Of a stretch of 64,000 nt of DNA, positions 1 through 8,990 are shown one piece after another. The notes under the pieces were generated by a model. The model did no database searches. It saw only the letters and a list, made by a program, of their open reading frames with translations, and was not told where the DNA came from. The stretch is from Erysipelotrichaceae bacterium (GTDB taxonomy: Bacteria > Bacillota_I > Bacilli_A > RFN20 > CAG-826): assembly GCA_022777645.1 (NCBI GenBank), contig JALFFX010000055.1, positions 2,705 to 66,704 of the forward strand, written 5' to 3'. How positions within the stretch are numbered: the stretch's first letter is position 1; each line of letters starts with the position of its first letter. Made by a program: the position numbers and the translations under genes.

Positions 1-160
1 TACTAAAAAAGAAGTCTTAGAGGTCATTAGAAATGAATTAGAGCAACGTTTCAACAAATTAAGAGACGAAGCGCAAATGACTACAAATGTTTGGGATAGA
101 CATGACATTGAATGTGCGCTTAAAGAACTCAAATTCGTTTATGAGAATATCTTGAAATAA
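1..160 (+). CDS. hypothetical protein, C-terminal fragment (gene starts upstream of window)
   Basis: open frame from position 2 ending at TAA 158-160; immediately followed by strong RBS of next gene. Confidence 0.4.
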   Translation, partial: TKKEVLEVIRNELEQRFNKLRDEAQMTTNVWDRHDIECALKELKFVYENILK

Positions 161-175
161 AGGAGGAAGGATATA

Positions 176-340
176 ATGGAAGACAAAAAATTAAGACCTG
201 GTGACAAAGGATATAAAGGCGGTACATCATTTGCTGACGTGCATGCTTGTGGTCAAGACAAACGTGTATATTATGTGAAAGATGAAAATGGTAATATCGT
301 TTCTGTACATGAACGTCCACTCATCTTTGGTATCTTTTAA
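176..340 (+). CDS. small hypothetical protein (54 aa)
   Basis: ATG 176 preceded by AAGGAGGAAGG RBS; stop TAA 338-340 overlaps ATG of the next gene (TAATG coupling); below the 60-aa cutoff of the ORF track. Confidence 0.45.
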   Translation: MEDKKLRPGDKGYKGGTSFADVHACGQDKRVYYVKDENGNIVSVHERPLIFGIF

Positions 341-654
341 TGACACGCATTACTCCTGAACAAAGAGTCCAACAAGAAATTATTAGATGGCTCCATCCCT
401 ACTTATACGAGCAGGGGGGGCCTATTATTTTACATGTTCGTTCTGGCAACTCAGGTGAGCCCAAAGGTGCTGCTGACTTGTGGCTGTGCGTTAATGGAGC
501 TCATGTCGAAGTAGAAGTTAAGGCACCTAACGGCAAGCGTTCAACTGACCAAGAACGTTGGGAGCGCATTTGCAAGCAGACGGGGGCCTCATACTTAGTG
601 ACTGACAATCTACCCGAGTTCGTCGCGTTTATCACACCATTTCTTACAAAATAA
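340..654 (+). CDS. VRR-NUC domain nuclease
   Basis: motifs NSGEPKGAADLWL ... VEVEVKAPNGKRSTDQERW match the VRR-NUC (PD-(D/E)XK) pattern G.PDL / ExK / S..Q; the gene is a ~48% GC island in ~30% GC DNA. Confidence 0.65.
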   Translation: MTRITPEQRVQQEIIRWLHPYLYEQGGPIILHVRSGNSGEPKGAADLWLCVNGAHVEVEVKAPNGKRSTDQERWERICKQTGASYLVTDNLPEFVAFITPFLTK

Positions 655-690
655 AAAAAAAGAGGGGGGGTCATTATATACCCTACCCTC
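652..690 (-). terminator. rho-independent terminator for the minus-strand gene 726..1076
   Basis: A9 then GAGGGGGGG-loop-CCCTACCCTC hairpin; on the minus strand this reads as hairpin followed by T9. Confidence 0.4.
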
Positions 691-697
691 ACACACG

Positions 698-727
698 CCC
701 CCAGTTCAACCAAACAACTGGGGTTTT
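698..727 (+). terminator. rho-independent terminator after VRR-NUC gene
   Basis: CCCCAGTT-9nt loop-AACTGGGG perfect 8-bp stem followed by TTTT. Confidence 0.6.
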
Positions 728-1076
728 ATTTTAGTCTTGGTCCAAATGAACAATCTAACATTGAGTCTTTAATTTCGTCACTGTTATCTTCGTCATTGTT
801 AGTGTCATCTTCGTCTAACTCAGACTTTGACTTTTTCTTGCAGTAAACACCAATCCAGTTAATTAACTCATCACCTTGTTTAAGTTCAATATCTAGACGA
901 GGAGATTTCCAGATTTTGAGCAGCTCTTTATCATCGTATTCGAGCTGTTCTTTTACAAACTTTTTATATGCACTATAAGCTTTATCAAAGTTGTTAAATG
1001 TTTTCAATTTTTTCCATACAAATTTATCAGCTTCGAATGTTCCAAGCCATAAATCAATTTTTGTAAAGTCTGCCAT
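726..1076 (-). CDS. hypothetical acidic protein
   Basis: 116-aa ORF; RBS GAGGTGA upstream on minus strand; C-terminal D/E-rich tail. Confidence 0.6.
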   Translation of the reverse strand: MADFTKIDLWLGTFEADKFVWKKLKTFNNFDKAYSAYKKFVKEQLEYDDKELLKIWKSPRLDIELKQGDELINWIGVYCKKKSKSELDEDDTNNDEDNSDEIKDSMLDCSFGPRLK

Positions 1077-1189
1077 GATAGTTTCACCTCACAGTTTGAT
1101 TATACACAAAATGCAAAAATATGTAAACAAAAAGGTTTTTCTCTATTTTGACTCACTTTTACTCTTTTCTAAAAATAAAGAAAAATACC

Positions 1190-1859
1190 AAAAATTATAA
1201 TAAAAAGGAAAAAGAAATAAAATTTTGAAAATTGAATTATTAAGAAATTAAGTTAGTTCTCAGTCTTATGTATATATGTGTGCATGTATATATGTATATT
1301 TTATTGTAAGTATTTATCTTTAAAAATAAAAAATTTTGTTTATAGGAAATAACTTAATTTCTTAATAATTTTAACTAAAATCTCTTCGTCTATATATAAT
1401 ATAATATCTCTCTTCGTCCTCTAGTAAGTTGATGTAGTAAGTTTTTAGTAAGTCCTTCTGTGCCTTTGTGTGAGTTATATATAAATATATAAATGTCTAG
1501 TAAGTTTTTGTCATTGTAAAATTTTCCCGACTTTCTCGCGTTAAAAATCAGTTTTTATCTTTAAGTGTAAAATTAAGTTTTTTCAACGTCCCAAAACTGA
1601 AACTTACTAGAGCAACTTACTAGAATTTTTTGTCATACATTTCGTCCTCACTCTACACTTTACTTGTCGTGAAGTGAATAGTCTCCAACGCACTCACATG
1701 CGCTCACTCACATGTGCTTACACATGAGCAATATTATTGCTAAAATACACGCTTATGCATGAGCAATATTATTGCTAAAACACATATATAACTTTATTTA
1801 AAGATAAAAGTATCACATAATACTAAAATATGATACAATAACAACAAGGAGAGATGATT
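1190..1859. promoter_or_regulatory. large non-coding region with iterons (TAGTAAGT x6 in both orientations), duplicated 24-nt palindrome-containing element, (TG/TA)n tract; candidate origin of replication / early promoter hub
   Basis: no credible ORF across ~670 bp; repeats at 1423-1457, 1497, 1604, 1617; CATGAGCAATATTATTGCTAAAA at ~1722 and ~1757; promoter-like TTAAAGATAA + TACAAT at 1796-1845. Confidence 0.45.
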
Positions 1860-1940
1860 ATGAGATTAACAAAAAGTAATGTTAAAAAATATTATTCAGA
1901 AAACAATGATGAATTGTTTGTTGAAGGAGTATCTTTGTGA
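1860..1940 (+). CDS. small ORF (26 aa)
   Basis: AAGGAGAGATGATT-ATG context identical to other genes; TGA overlaps ATG of next gene (TGATG). Confidence 0.3.
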   Translation: MRLTKSNVKKYYSENNDELFVEGVSL

Positions 1941-2338
1941 TGACTAAACGTGAGAAATTAGAACAAGTAAATCGTATTTTTGAAAAGCATAATTTCTATT
2001 TACTTTCAGATGTATCATTAAACGAAATTTCTGATAATTTTGGCAGCAGTGAGCATGACACTTATTATTGGCAAGATTTGTGTTATACGAAACATTATGG
2101 TAAAAATCATGAGTATATTTTATTTGTCTATATTTCAACTCAACAAAATAAAAAATATCACACAAATCTATGTTTGAGTAGTCGAAGTTGGTTTGGCTCA
2201 AATATCAAAACAAATATGTGTCGAATTTTACCAGATGATATTCAAACTGAGTATGATAAATATTTCTTACAAGCAAGAAGAGCTTATAATTCATTAGAAC
2301 GTGCGCTTAGTAAAGTGAGTGCTGAAACGGACGATTAA
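1940..2338 (+). CDS. hypothetical protein
   Basis: ORF with GAAGGAG RBS; ATG at 1940. Confidence 0.6.
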   Translation: MTKREKLEQVNRIFEKHNFYLLSDVSLNEISDNFGSSEHDTYYWQDLCYTKHYGKNHEYILFVYISTQQNKKYHTNLCLSSRSWFGSNIKTNMCRILPDDIQTEYDKYFLQARRAYNSLERALSKVSAETDD

Positions 2339-2341
2339 ACT

Positions 2342-2650
2342 ATGACACAAGAAGATTTATTAAGAAAAATTTTAAATGATGATGTAGAGCAATTCTCAAT
2401 ACAAGAGATTTTTGAAATTTTTGTAATTATTTTTAATGGATTTGAGAAAAATAGTAGAACTGTCGAATCAATTAAATCAAAAATTACAAAGAATGAATGG
2501 AACTCATTTGTAAACGGATTGACTATCAGCTTATTTGCATCATTGTATGCATCTAAGTTAAGTGAAGAAGAAGCATTAAAATTAGGTGAAAAATTAGATG
2601 GTCTATTAAGTGTCATGGTCACTCAAAAGAAAATTAATCATGATGCATAA
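2342..2650 (+). CDS. hypothetical protein
   Basis: ORF tightly packed after previous gene. Confidence 0.55.
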   Translation: MTQEDLLRKILNDDVEQFSIQEIFEIFVIIFNGFEKNSRTVESIKSKITKNEWNSFVNGLTISLFASLYASKLSEEEALKLGEKLDGLLSVMVTQKKINHDA

Positions 2651-2789
2651 AGAAATGAGAGTATTAAAGTCTATCTTCGTTGCTATATTTTCATTGTGTG
2701 GCTTTATTTGTATTTTGCCTATCGCAATTTTATATTTTATGATAAAATTTATTTATACACCTATTGCTGATATATGGGAGAAAGAATAA

Positions 2790-3209
2790 ATGAAAAAATA
2801 CAAATGCGAGATATGGAAATATCATGTGAAAATTGATGAGTTTGAGTCAGATAATCCTGTGCTTGTCAATCATTGGTTTAATAAAAATTATAAACAAGCT
2901 GATGAGTGGGGAGAATGTACACATTATTTTTTCACAGATGGAATTGATGTTGAAGAATTAAGAGAAAAACAATATAAAGAAATGATGGATGCTAAAGCGA
3001 CGAATGAGCAATTTACATTAGATGAAAAATTATTATTGTTAAAAATATTTATTGCACATTCAACATTATCGACTGAAGTGATTAATAATGAGCCTCAAAT
3101 GAGATTACAAATGGACACATTGCTTAATACATTTAATGTTGGTGAGTTATATTTGGCAAAAATGACTAAATATATCATTAAAGAACAAATTAAATATAAT
3201 GGTAAATGA
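2790..3209 (+). CDS. hypothetical protein
   Basis: ORF with GGGAGAAAG RBS. Confidence 0.6.
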   Translation: MKKYKCEIWKYHVKIDEFESDNPVLVNHWFNKNYKQADEWGECTHYFFTDGIDVEELREKQYKEMMDAKATNEQFTLDEKLLLLKIFIAHSTLSTEVINNEPQMRLQMDTLLNTFNVGELYLAKMTKYIIKEQIKYNGK

Positions 3210-3228
3210 TTCTGAGTTGGAGTAATTG

Positions 3229-3375
3229 ATGTATAAAATAATCATTGAACTGCAAAACAATACTGTTGAAATTCATTTCAACACTCGTGATGAAGCTGTA
3301 GAATATGCTTCACTTTATATTAAAAATTGTCAAAAAGATAATACTTATACAATAAAATTAAGAGAGGTAAAATAA
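3229..3375 (+). CDS. small hypothetical protein (48 aa)
   Basis: ATG 3229 after GGAGT RBS; fills the gap between flanking genes. Confidence 0.35.
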   Translation: MYKIIIELQNNTVEIHFNTRDEAVEYASLYIKNCQKDNTYTIKLREVK

Positions 3376-3380
3376 AAAAA

Positions 3381-3842
3381 ATGAGAAAAGAAGTAATTGA
3401 TTTCAAAGGAAGAAAATTATTACTTAATGATGTTAATAAAATAGAACATACTTTTCCTGATGAAGGTAAAGCTGGTAAATTTATCATTAAGGCAATTTTA
3501 GCTGATAAAAATATCGTCATTTATCAAAGTGTTGGTACAGAAGATACATGGCACTATAATAAATTAGAAATAAGTTATGTGATGCATACATTAATAGAAT
3601 ATATTGAGTTAAGAGCTCAAAATGATACTGAGTTAGATTTACGTAAGACAATTGAGTTTTGCAGAACAGATTTATTTAAGTCATATGACAGAAAAGTCGG
3701 TGAATTAGAAGACACAATTGCAAAGTTAGAAAAGAAATTACAAGATGTTGCAAGTAAAATTGTAATTCCTGATGCACAAGAACATTCAGATGAAGTTGTT
3801 GATGCAGTTCAAGTTGAAAAAGAAAAACCATTAGCAGAATAA
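3381..3842 (+). CDS. hypothetical protein
   Basis: ORF with AGAGAGG RBS. Confidence 0.6.
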   Translation: MRKEVIDFKGRKLLLNDVNKIEHTFPDEGKAGKFIIKAILADKNIVIYQSVGTEDTWHYNKLEISYVMHTLIEYIELRAQNDTELDLRKTIEFCRTDLFKSYDRKVGELEDTIAKLEKKLQDVASKIVIPDAQEHSDEVVDAVQVEKEKPLAE

Positions 3843-3847
3843 AATAC

Positions 3848-4306
3848 ATGAATTTGAAAATTAGTTATTTTAACAATATTAGAAATTTTAATAAATATGA
3901 TATACCATTATCTACAGCTATGTGGGACCCTAAATGGTATACTCAACATATAGATAAAAATGAAGTTATTAATGGATTAAAATGTTCACCATTGGTATTT
4001 TCTTATAAAGAATATTCTCAATTGAAAAATGAATGTCAAAGACATTGTCAGCAAGTTCCATTTCATTGTGAATTTATGAGAAAATATCGAGAACATCTTA
4101 ATAAAATAGATTTTGCTTCATTAATGATGTGGTTTGAGTCAGTTATAGAAAAAATTGCTGAATTAAATAATGATTTAAAAAATAAAGACAAATATCAAAT
4201 TGTTCTTATAGTTCATGAAAAACCTGAGATACATTGTGCTGAAAGACCAATTTTACAAGAATGGTTTAAAGATAATAATATTGTTTTAGAAGAATATTGT
4301 TTATAA
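3848..4306 (+). CDS. hypothetical protein
   Basis: 152-aa ORF. Confidence 0.55.
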   Translation: MNLKISYFNNIRNFNKYDIPLSTAMWDPKWYTQHIDKNEVINGLKCSPLVFSYKEYSQLKNECQRHCQQVPFHCEFMRKYREHLNKIDFASLMMWFESVIEKIAELNNDLKNKDKYQIVLIVHEKPEIHCAERPILQEWFKDNNIVLEEYCL

Positions 4307-4384
4307 TTATTAATGACAATTAACAATATTAAAAATATTGAGAAAATTATATAATTTTTTCAAAATCATGTTTATAATTAAAAT

Positions 4385-4576
4385 ATGATATTAGATGTGA
4401 TTAAAAAATTTTTTCTTGGAAAACTATTTAAAAGAATTGTAAAAACTTGTTTATCAATAGTCATATGTGCACTAATCATTTTAGAAATCTTTTTTGCTAT
4501 TTATTACAAAGATACAAAATTTGCAGATTTACCAGATAAAGTCAAATGGTTATTATTTTGGAAGTATTTCTTATGA
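4385..4576 (+). CDS. small hydrophobic (membrane) protein
   Basis: 63-aa ORF with one predicted TM helix; weak RBS. Confidence 0.3.
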   Translation: MILDVIKKFFLGKLFKRIVKTCLSIVICALIILEIFFAIYYKDTKFADLPDKVKWLLFWKYFL

Positions 4577-4839
4577 TAAAAGTTGTTACGCAAAATCACA
4601 ATAATGAATATCTAATATCAACTATTAAAAAGGTTGCAAATGCAACTGAAGGTTATGACATACAGGGTTATGACACAGCATCAAAACAATATGTTTGGTT
4701 AGGAACATATATCAATGAATTAGTTGCTGAAAAAATATTCGCAATGTTAATTAAGCAACAACATGTTCAATTTGTTGGAGGTCCTTATTACAATATATTT
4801 GAGATGCCATATGATAGTGGTGAATATTTCATATTATAA
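4573..4839 (+). CDS. hypothetical protein
   Basis: start reassigned to ATG 4573 (GGAAG RBS) within ORF 4546..4839. Confidence 0.5.
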   Translation: MIKVVTQNHNNEYLISTIKKVANATEGYDIQGYDTASKQYVWLGTYINELVAEKIFAMLIKQQHVQFVGGPYYNIFEMPYDSGEYFIL

Positions 4840-4854
4840 AAGAGGTGATTAAAA

Positions 4855-5100
4855 ATGAGTGGAAAGAAAGCAATCGAAGTACTTGAAAAAGTGTTTAGTG
4901 GAGTTGAAACTGAAGAAATGCCAAATGAAATTGAAATCAAAGAAGCAATCAGCTCACTAAAACAAGTAATTGAAAGTAAAAAAGTTAAAGGTTATACTAT
5001 TGATGAGTTAGAAAAATATTATAAAGAAAAGAAAGCAAGACTCATCATGACACCAGATTTTTTGAGGGAGTTGAGACGAGATGATGAAAAAGTTAAATAA
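4855..5100 (+). CDS. hypothetical protein
   Basis: AAGAGGTGATT RBS. Confidence 0.6.
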   Translation: MSGKKAIEVLEKVFSGVETEEMPNEIEIKEAISSLKQVIESKKVKGYTIDELEKYYKEKKARLIMTPDFLRELRRDDEKVK

Positions 5101-5284
5101 ACAATTTACACTCACAGTAAATTATAACCCAGAAAATTCATTAAACATTTCTTATTGTGATGAGAAAAACATAATGATAGTTCAAACATTTCAATTAAAA
5201 TCAAAATTAACTGAAAAATCATTAGTTAAATTGATTAAAAAAGTTCAAAAAGAATTGGAGGAAAAAGAAAATGAACAACAATAA
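5081..5284 (+). CDS. hypothetical protein
   Basis: 67-aa ORF overlapping neighbours by a few codons. Confidence 0.5.
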   Translation: MMKKLNKQFTLTVNYNPENSLNISYCDEKNIMIVQTFQLKSKLTEKSLVKLIKKVQKELEEKENEQQ

Positions 5285-6734
5285 TAAATTAGCGCTTAAT
5301 GCAATAAGAGCATATAAAGCAAAAGCACTCAAAGACTCTAAAGATGCTAAACCAGAAGGCGATAAAGTGAAAGCCTATAATAATGCATTAACTTATGCTA
5401 AGAAAGAAAATAAACCGTTCATTTATGGCTATACTAATCGTAATGGTAAATTCTTTGCAATTGATACACCAATGAAAGTTTCAGTAAGTCCTGCAGATGC
5501 TGAAAAAGAATTTAGAAAAAGATATAAAAATTGCAGTGTAGTTTATATTGCATATCCAGATAAAGAATTTATTAAAGATGAAAAAATTGATGTTGAAAAA
5601 GAACTTTTAGCAAATCATTTTGAAAAACGTAAATGCAAACCAGGTATCAATGGAAATGATATTTGTTACTATGATTACAAAGGAACGGGATATTTTCCAG
5701 AAGTTGTTGCTAGATTACAAAATAAATTAGGCAAATTTGACTATGTTGGTGAAACTAATAGAATTGTTGGTATTAAACACAAGCATAAATCATTAAAAGA
5801 AGATGCAGTTGAATTATCACTTGGTGAAAAATTAGCAAAAGCAGTTGCAAAAGCATTCAAAGGTCAATGTGGTCCTTTTGGTGGAGAAAATCCAACTAAA
5901 TATGGAAATAAAGTCAGTTTATATTCTCAAGCTGGAGTCACTTGGTACATATTTAATGATGATGGCTCTGTTGATGTTGAACCAGATGATGAAACTATTA
6001 GTTTGGCTGAAGAAGATGGTGAAGAAATTACAACACATTATAATTCAGCAGATGAATTATTTAATGGTGAAGATGGTTGGTTCTATGATGCTCCATCAAG
6101 TTTAGAAAAACAATTTAGAGAAATTTTAAAAACACGTTCAAATGTTAAAGATGCAAATTTGTATATTTACCAATTCCCAGCAAGTATGACTAAAGAAGAC
6201 ATGAAAGAAGCTAAAAAATATGGTTTAGAAATTCTTGGTAAAGTCGGTGAAAATGGTTTTCAACCTGGTGACTGGATTATTCAAGGAACACTTAAACAAC
6301 TTGAAAAATTCTGTGATGAGTCATTAGGTTATGTTATGCACCCAGACTATTTATATAAGTCTAAAGAATTTGATATTGAAGATGTATTAGTCAAAGATGA
6401 AGCACTTGGTGAAGTGCAAGTCGACGAATTTGCTGAAGAAGAACCAAATGTTTCTAAAAAAATTGAACATCAAGGTAAATGGACAAAGAATGAAATCAAT
6501 GGTCAAGAAATGACAGTTGAACAATTCTTAGAAGAATATGATGCTGGAAATTTACCTATAGTAGATGCAATTTATCCAGAGTCAGGTGGTTTTAAAATAT
6601 CAATTGAAGAAGTTAGAAAATTACCAAAAGATACTATGGGTAGATTCTTAATCTATGACGATGAAGTTGAAGTTGATGATGAATTTGGTCCATATATTAG
6701 TCATTTGTTATGGTTTCAAATTGAAGGCATTTAA
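5271..6734 (+). CDS. hypothetical protein (487 aa, acidic C-terminus)
   Basis: long ORF, GGAGG RBS. Confidence 0.7.
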   Translation: MNNNNKLALNAIRAYKAKALKDSKDAKPEGDKVKAYNNALTYAKKENKPFIYGYTNRNGKFFAIDTPMKVSVSPADAEKEFRKRYKNCSVVYIAYPDKEFIKDEKIDVEKELLANHFEKRKCKPGINGNDICYYDYKGTGYFPEVVARLQNKLGKFDYVGETNRIVGIKHKHKSLKEDAVELSLGEKLAKAVAKAFKGQCGPFGGENPTKYGNKVSLYSQAGVTWYIFNDDGSVDVEPDDETISLAEEDGEEITTHYNSADELFNGEDGWFYDAPSSLEKQFREILKTRSNVKDANLYIYQFPASMTKEDMKEAKKYGLEILGKVGENGFQPGDWIIQGTLKQLEKFCDESLGYVMHPDYLYKSKEFDIEDVLVKDEALGEVQVDEFAEEEPNVSKKIEHQGKWTKNEINGQEMTVEQFLEEYDAGNLPIVDAIYPESGGFKISIEEVRKLPKDTMGRFLIYDDEVEVDDEFGPYISHLLWFQIEGI

Positions 6735-6823
6735 AGATAAGCATTAATTTAAAGCATTAAAAAATATATAATCGTATTGAGAAATCAATGCGATTTTATT
6801 TTAAAAGGAGAGAATTTAAAAAT

Positions 6824-6979
6824 ATGAAAAAAGGCTATTATACTGTAGTGTATGATGAAAACACTAATATTTATGCTAGTAAAACATGTAGAACAAAATT
6901 AGGAAGATGGTTCTATATTAAATGTATTGAAAGAAAAGTAAAAAAGGAAACAGGTAAATGTTTGAAATTGGGGATATAG
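6824..6979 (+). CDS. small basic protein
   Basis: start reassigned to ATG 6824 (AAAGGAGAG RBS). Confidence 0.4.
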   Translation: MKKGYYTVVYDENTNIYASKTCRTKLGRWFYIKCIERKVKKETGKCLKLGI

Positions 6980-7179
6980 TATTTATTAAATCTCTTGAAA
7001 AAGAGGGAATGATATTGAATGTAGGGACTGACTTAGAAACAAATGAAACTAAGTACTGTGTTGTTGATACTGAAAAAGTAATATATTTTATTAAAAATAA
7101 TGATATAATTAAAATAGATACTTTAGAAGAACGTTTAGAGGAATATGAAGAAGAAAACTCTAATCATTCACAAGCATAA
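6958..7179 (+). CDS. hypothetical protein
   Basis: 73-aa ORF. Confidence 0.5.
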   Translation: MFEIGDIVFIKSLEKEGMILNVGTDLETNETKYCVVDTEKVIYFIKNNDIIKIDTLEERLEEYEEENSNHSQA

Positions 7180-7206
7180 ATATTTAAGTAAAGGAAGGAA
7201 ATAAAT

Positions 7207-8655
7207 ATGAAAAGAAAAATTAGTGATGCTACTAAAAAATTAATTGACTCTTCAAATGAGTTAAAAAAGAAAATTGATGACGCTTTAGAACAACATCCTG
7301 ATTTAGTCGCTGGTAAAAAAGCATCAGTTGCTTATGATTTAGCAAAACATAAAAGTGAAATCAATGCAACAAAAAATTACAAACCTTTAAGAGATTTAGT
7401 TGTATCTATTTTAGAAAAATCGAGTCAACCAAAAGCAAAAAAGTATTTAGCAAAAATTGAATATGAATTTGATAAAAAAGTTGCTCGTGACCCAAGAGAA
7501 AATAGTTATAATGAACAATTTTGGTTTAATCAACTATTAGCATTTATTTACAACATTATATTAAAAGCTGATAATCTTGGTTCACCAGATGTTAAAGATG
7601 ATGTTAACATTTTAAAATCATTGCAAAAACGTCACTATCAACAAATGCATGATTCATGTGTCATTGATGAGAAAAAATTTAAAGATGCTGAAGAAGGTTA
7701 TGCTGAAAAAGTTTTTATTGATTTCGTAAAAGCATTTAAACAAACATTACCTAACTGGACATTATATCCTGATAAATGGATTCAAAAAGGTGAAAATTCA
7801 TTATTAAAATTTGAAGTAATAATTTATGAAGAAGATGTTGCAGTTGAAGATATGGATAAAGAATTCAATGATAAAGAAGTAAGAAATGTAATTTATCAAA
7901 CAGCTGAAGAAAATATAAAACAAATTTTACCTAGCAATGTTCAATATGAATTCAAATCATTACAAACAAATTTTAAAGCTGATGATGCAAGTTTTTTAAG
8001 ACTTGATAATCATGATATTGAAATGGATAGAAATTTTCTTGCAACATCAGTAAAAAATGGTGATAAAATTGATATGTCATTTTTAGATGATAGACAAAAA
8101 GTAATTGTTATCAATATTCATGATGATGTTGAAGATAAAAATAAATTGTTTGGTTCAATTACAAGTCAATTATATAAACGAGGTGCTCATATTTTTGATA
8201 AAAAATCTGAAAGACCAAATAAGATATTGTATGCATACGAAGATATGCAATTATTTGAATTAAATTTCAATTTATTATTAAATGGAATTTCTCAATGGTC
8301 AGTTGCTAGTGAAAGAGAAAATAGAAAAATTATTGATTTAGATGCATATACAATAAGAGGAACATTTGACTCTATTAAAGATGATGTAGACCCAATGCTC
8401 ATTCTTTGCAGATTACTTGGTGAAGCACATGATAAAGCTATGGAAGCTCTAGATTTAGCAAAAGATTTGATTGAAGAAGGTGAGTTACCATCTAACTTCG
8501 AATATGAATTAATTGATTTAAATGATGAACTTGATGAATTTGATTTTATGAGTGAAAATAACCCTGTTGATGCGTTTAAAGAAAAATTCGGCAAAAAAGA
8601 AGAATTTGATATTAATGATTCTGATTACGATTGGGATTATGAAGAAAATGATTAA
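7207..8655 (+). CDS. hypothetical protein (482 aa, acidic C-terminus)
   Basis: long ORF, AAAGGAAGGAAAT RBS. Confidence 0.7.
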   Translation: MKRKISDATKKLIDSSNELKKKIDDALEQHPDLVAGKKASVAYDLAKHKSEINATKNYKPLRDLVVSILEKSSQPKAKKYLAKIEYEFDKKVARDPRENSYNEQFWFNQLLAFIYNIILKADNLGSPDVKDDVNILKSLQKRHYQQMHDSCVIDEKKFKDAEEGYAEKVFIDFVKAFKQTLPNWTLYPDKWIQKGENSLLKFEVIIYEEDVAVEDMDKEFNDKEVRNVIYQTAEENIKQILPSNVQYEFKSLQTNFKADDASFLRLDNHDIEMDRNFLATSVKNGDKIDMSFLDDRQKVIVINIHDDVEDKNKLFGSITSQLYKRGAHIFDKKSERPNKILYAYEDMQLFELNFNLLLNGISQWSVASERENRKIIDLDAYTIRGTFDSIKDDVDPMLILCRLLGEAHDKAMEALDLAKDLIEEGELPSNFEYELIDLNDELDEFDFMSENNPVDAFKEKFGKKEEFDINDSDYDWDYEEND

Positions 8656-8697
8656 TCATTGACACTAAAACAGCAGTTAGTAGATATGATTATAATG

Positions 8698-8727
8698 AAG
8701 GTGACTTACAAGTCACCTTTTATTTTT
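8698..8727 (+). terminator. rho-independent terminator
   Basis: AAGGTGACTT-ACA-AGTCACCTT hairpin + TTTTATTTTT. Confidence 0.6.
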
Positions 8728-8775
8728 AAAGATGATTGTTTACTTTATTAAAAAACAGTTTATAATTAATAATAG
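8728..8775 (+). promoter_or_regulatory. promoter with TTAAAGAT element and TATAAT
   Basis: TTTAAAGATGATTG...TTTATAAT directly abutting the terminator T-run. Confidence 0.4.
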
Positions 8776-8882
8776 GAGTTATCTAAAGTAAAGAAATTAG
8801 AAATAATTATTGAGTTTGTAGCTTGCTACTTAGGAGATGATTATTGAAGGTTTCAAGAAATAGATAAATCTTAGAGCTCGAG

Positions 8883-8915
8883 AAAATGGTGGTTGCAAAC
8901 GCCATTTTTTATTTG
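8883..8915 (+). terminator. rho-independent terminator
   Basis: AAAATGGTG-loop-CGCCATTTTTT hairpin + T-run. Confidence 0.5.
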
Positions 8916-8920
8916 TTCTT

Positions 8921-8990
8921 TTTAAAGATAACAATGTATCTTTAACATAAAACAATATAAAATATAACATATATACAAGGAGAGATAATT
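8921..8990 (+). promoter_or_regulatory. promoter with palindromic AAAGATA-N6-TATCTTT element
   Basis: TTAAAGATAACAATGTATCTTTAAC then A/T-rich -10 candidates, then GGAGAGATAATT-ATG. Confidence 0.5.

Noticed and set aside
412-420. G7 tract as a sequencing or assembly error
   Set aside because: The reading frame through the tract is intact and yields a well-formed VRR-NUC protein, and similar tracts recur at several independent sites, so they are treated as real.
991-1200. 69-aa + strand ORF
   Set aside because: Lies antisense to and overlaps the well-supported minus-strand gene 726..1076, then runs into the non-coding iteron region; no RBS.
5845-6105. 86-aa ORF in an alternative frame
   Set aside because: Fully internal to the long, well-supported gene 5271..6734; Met/Leu-rich composition typical of an off-frame AT-rich reading.
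8780-8900. Possible tRNA in the structured intergenic region
   Set aside because: No cloverleaf could be folded by eye; no acceptor-stem/CCA context. Kept only as an sRNA candidate.
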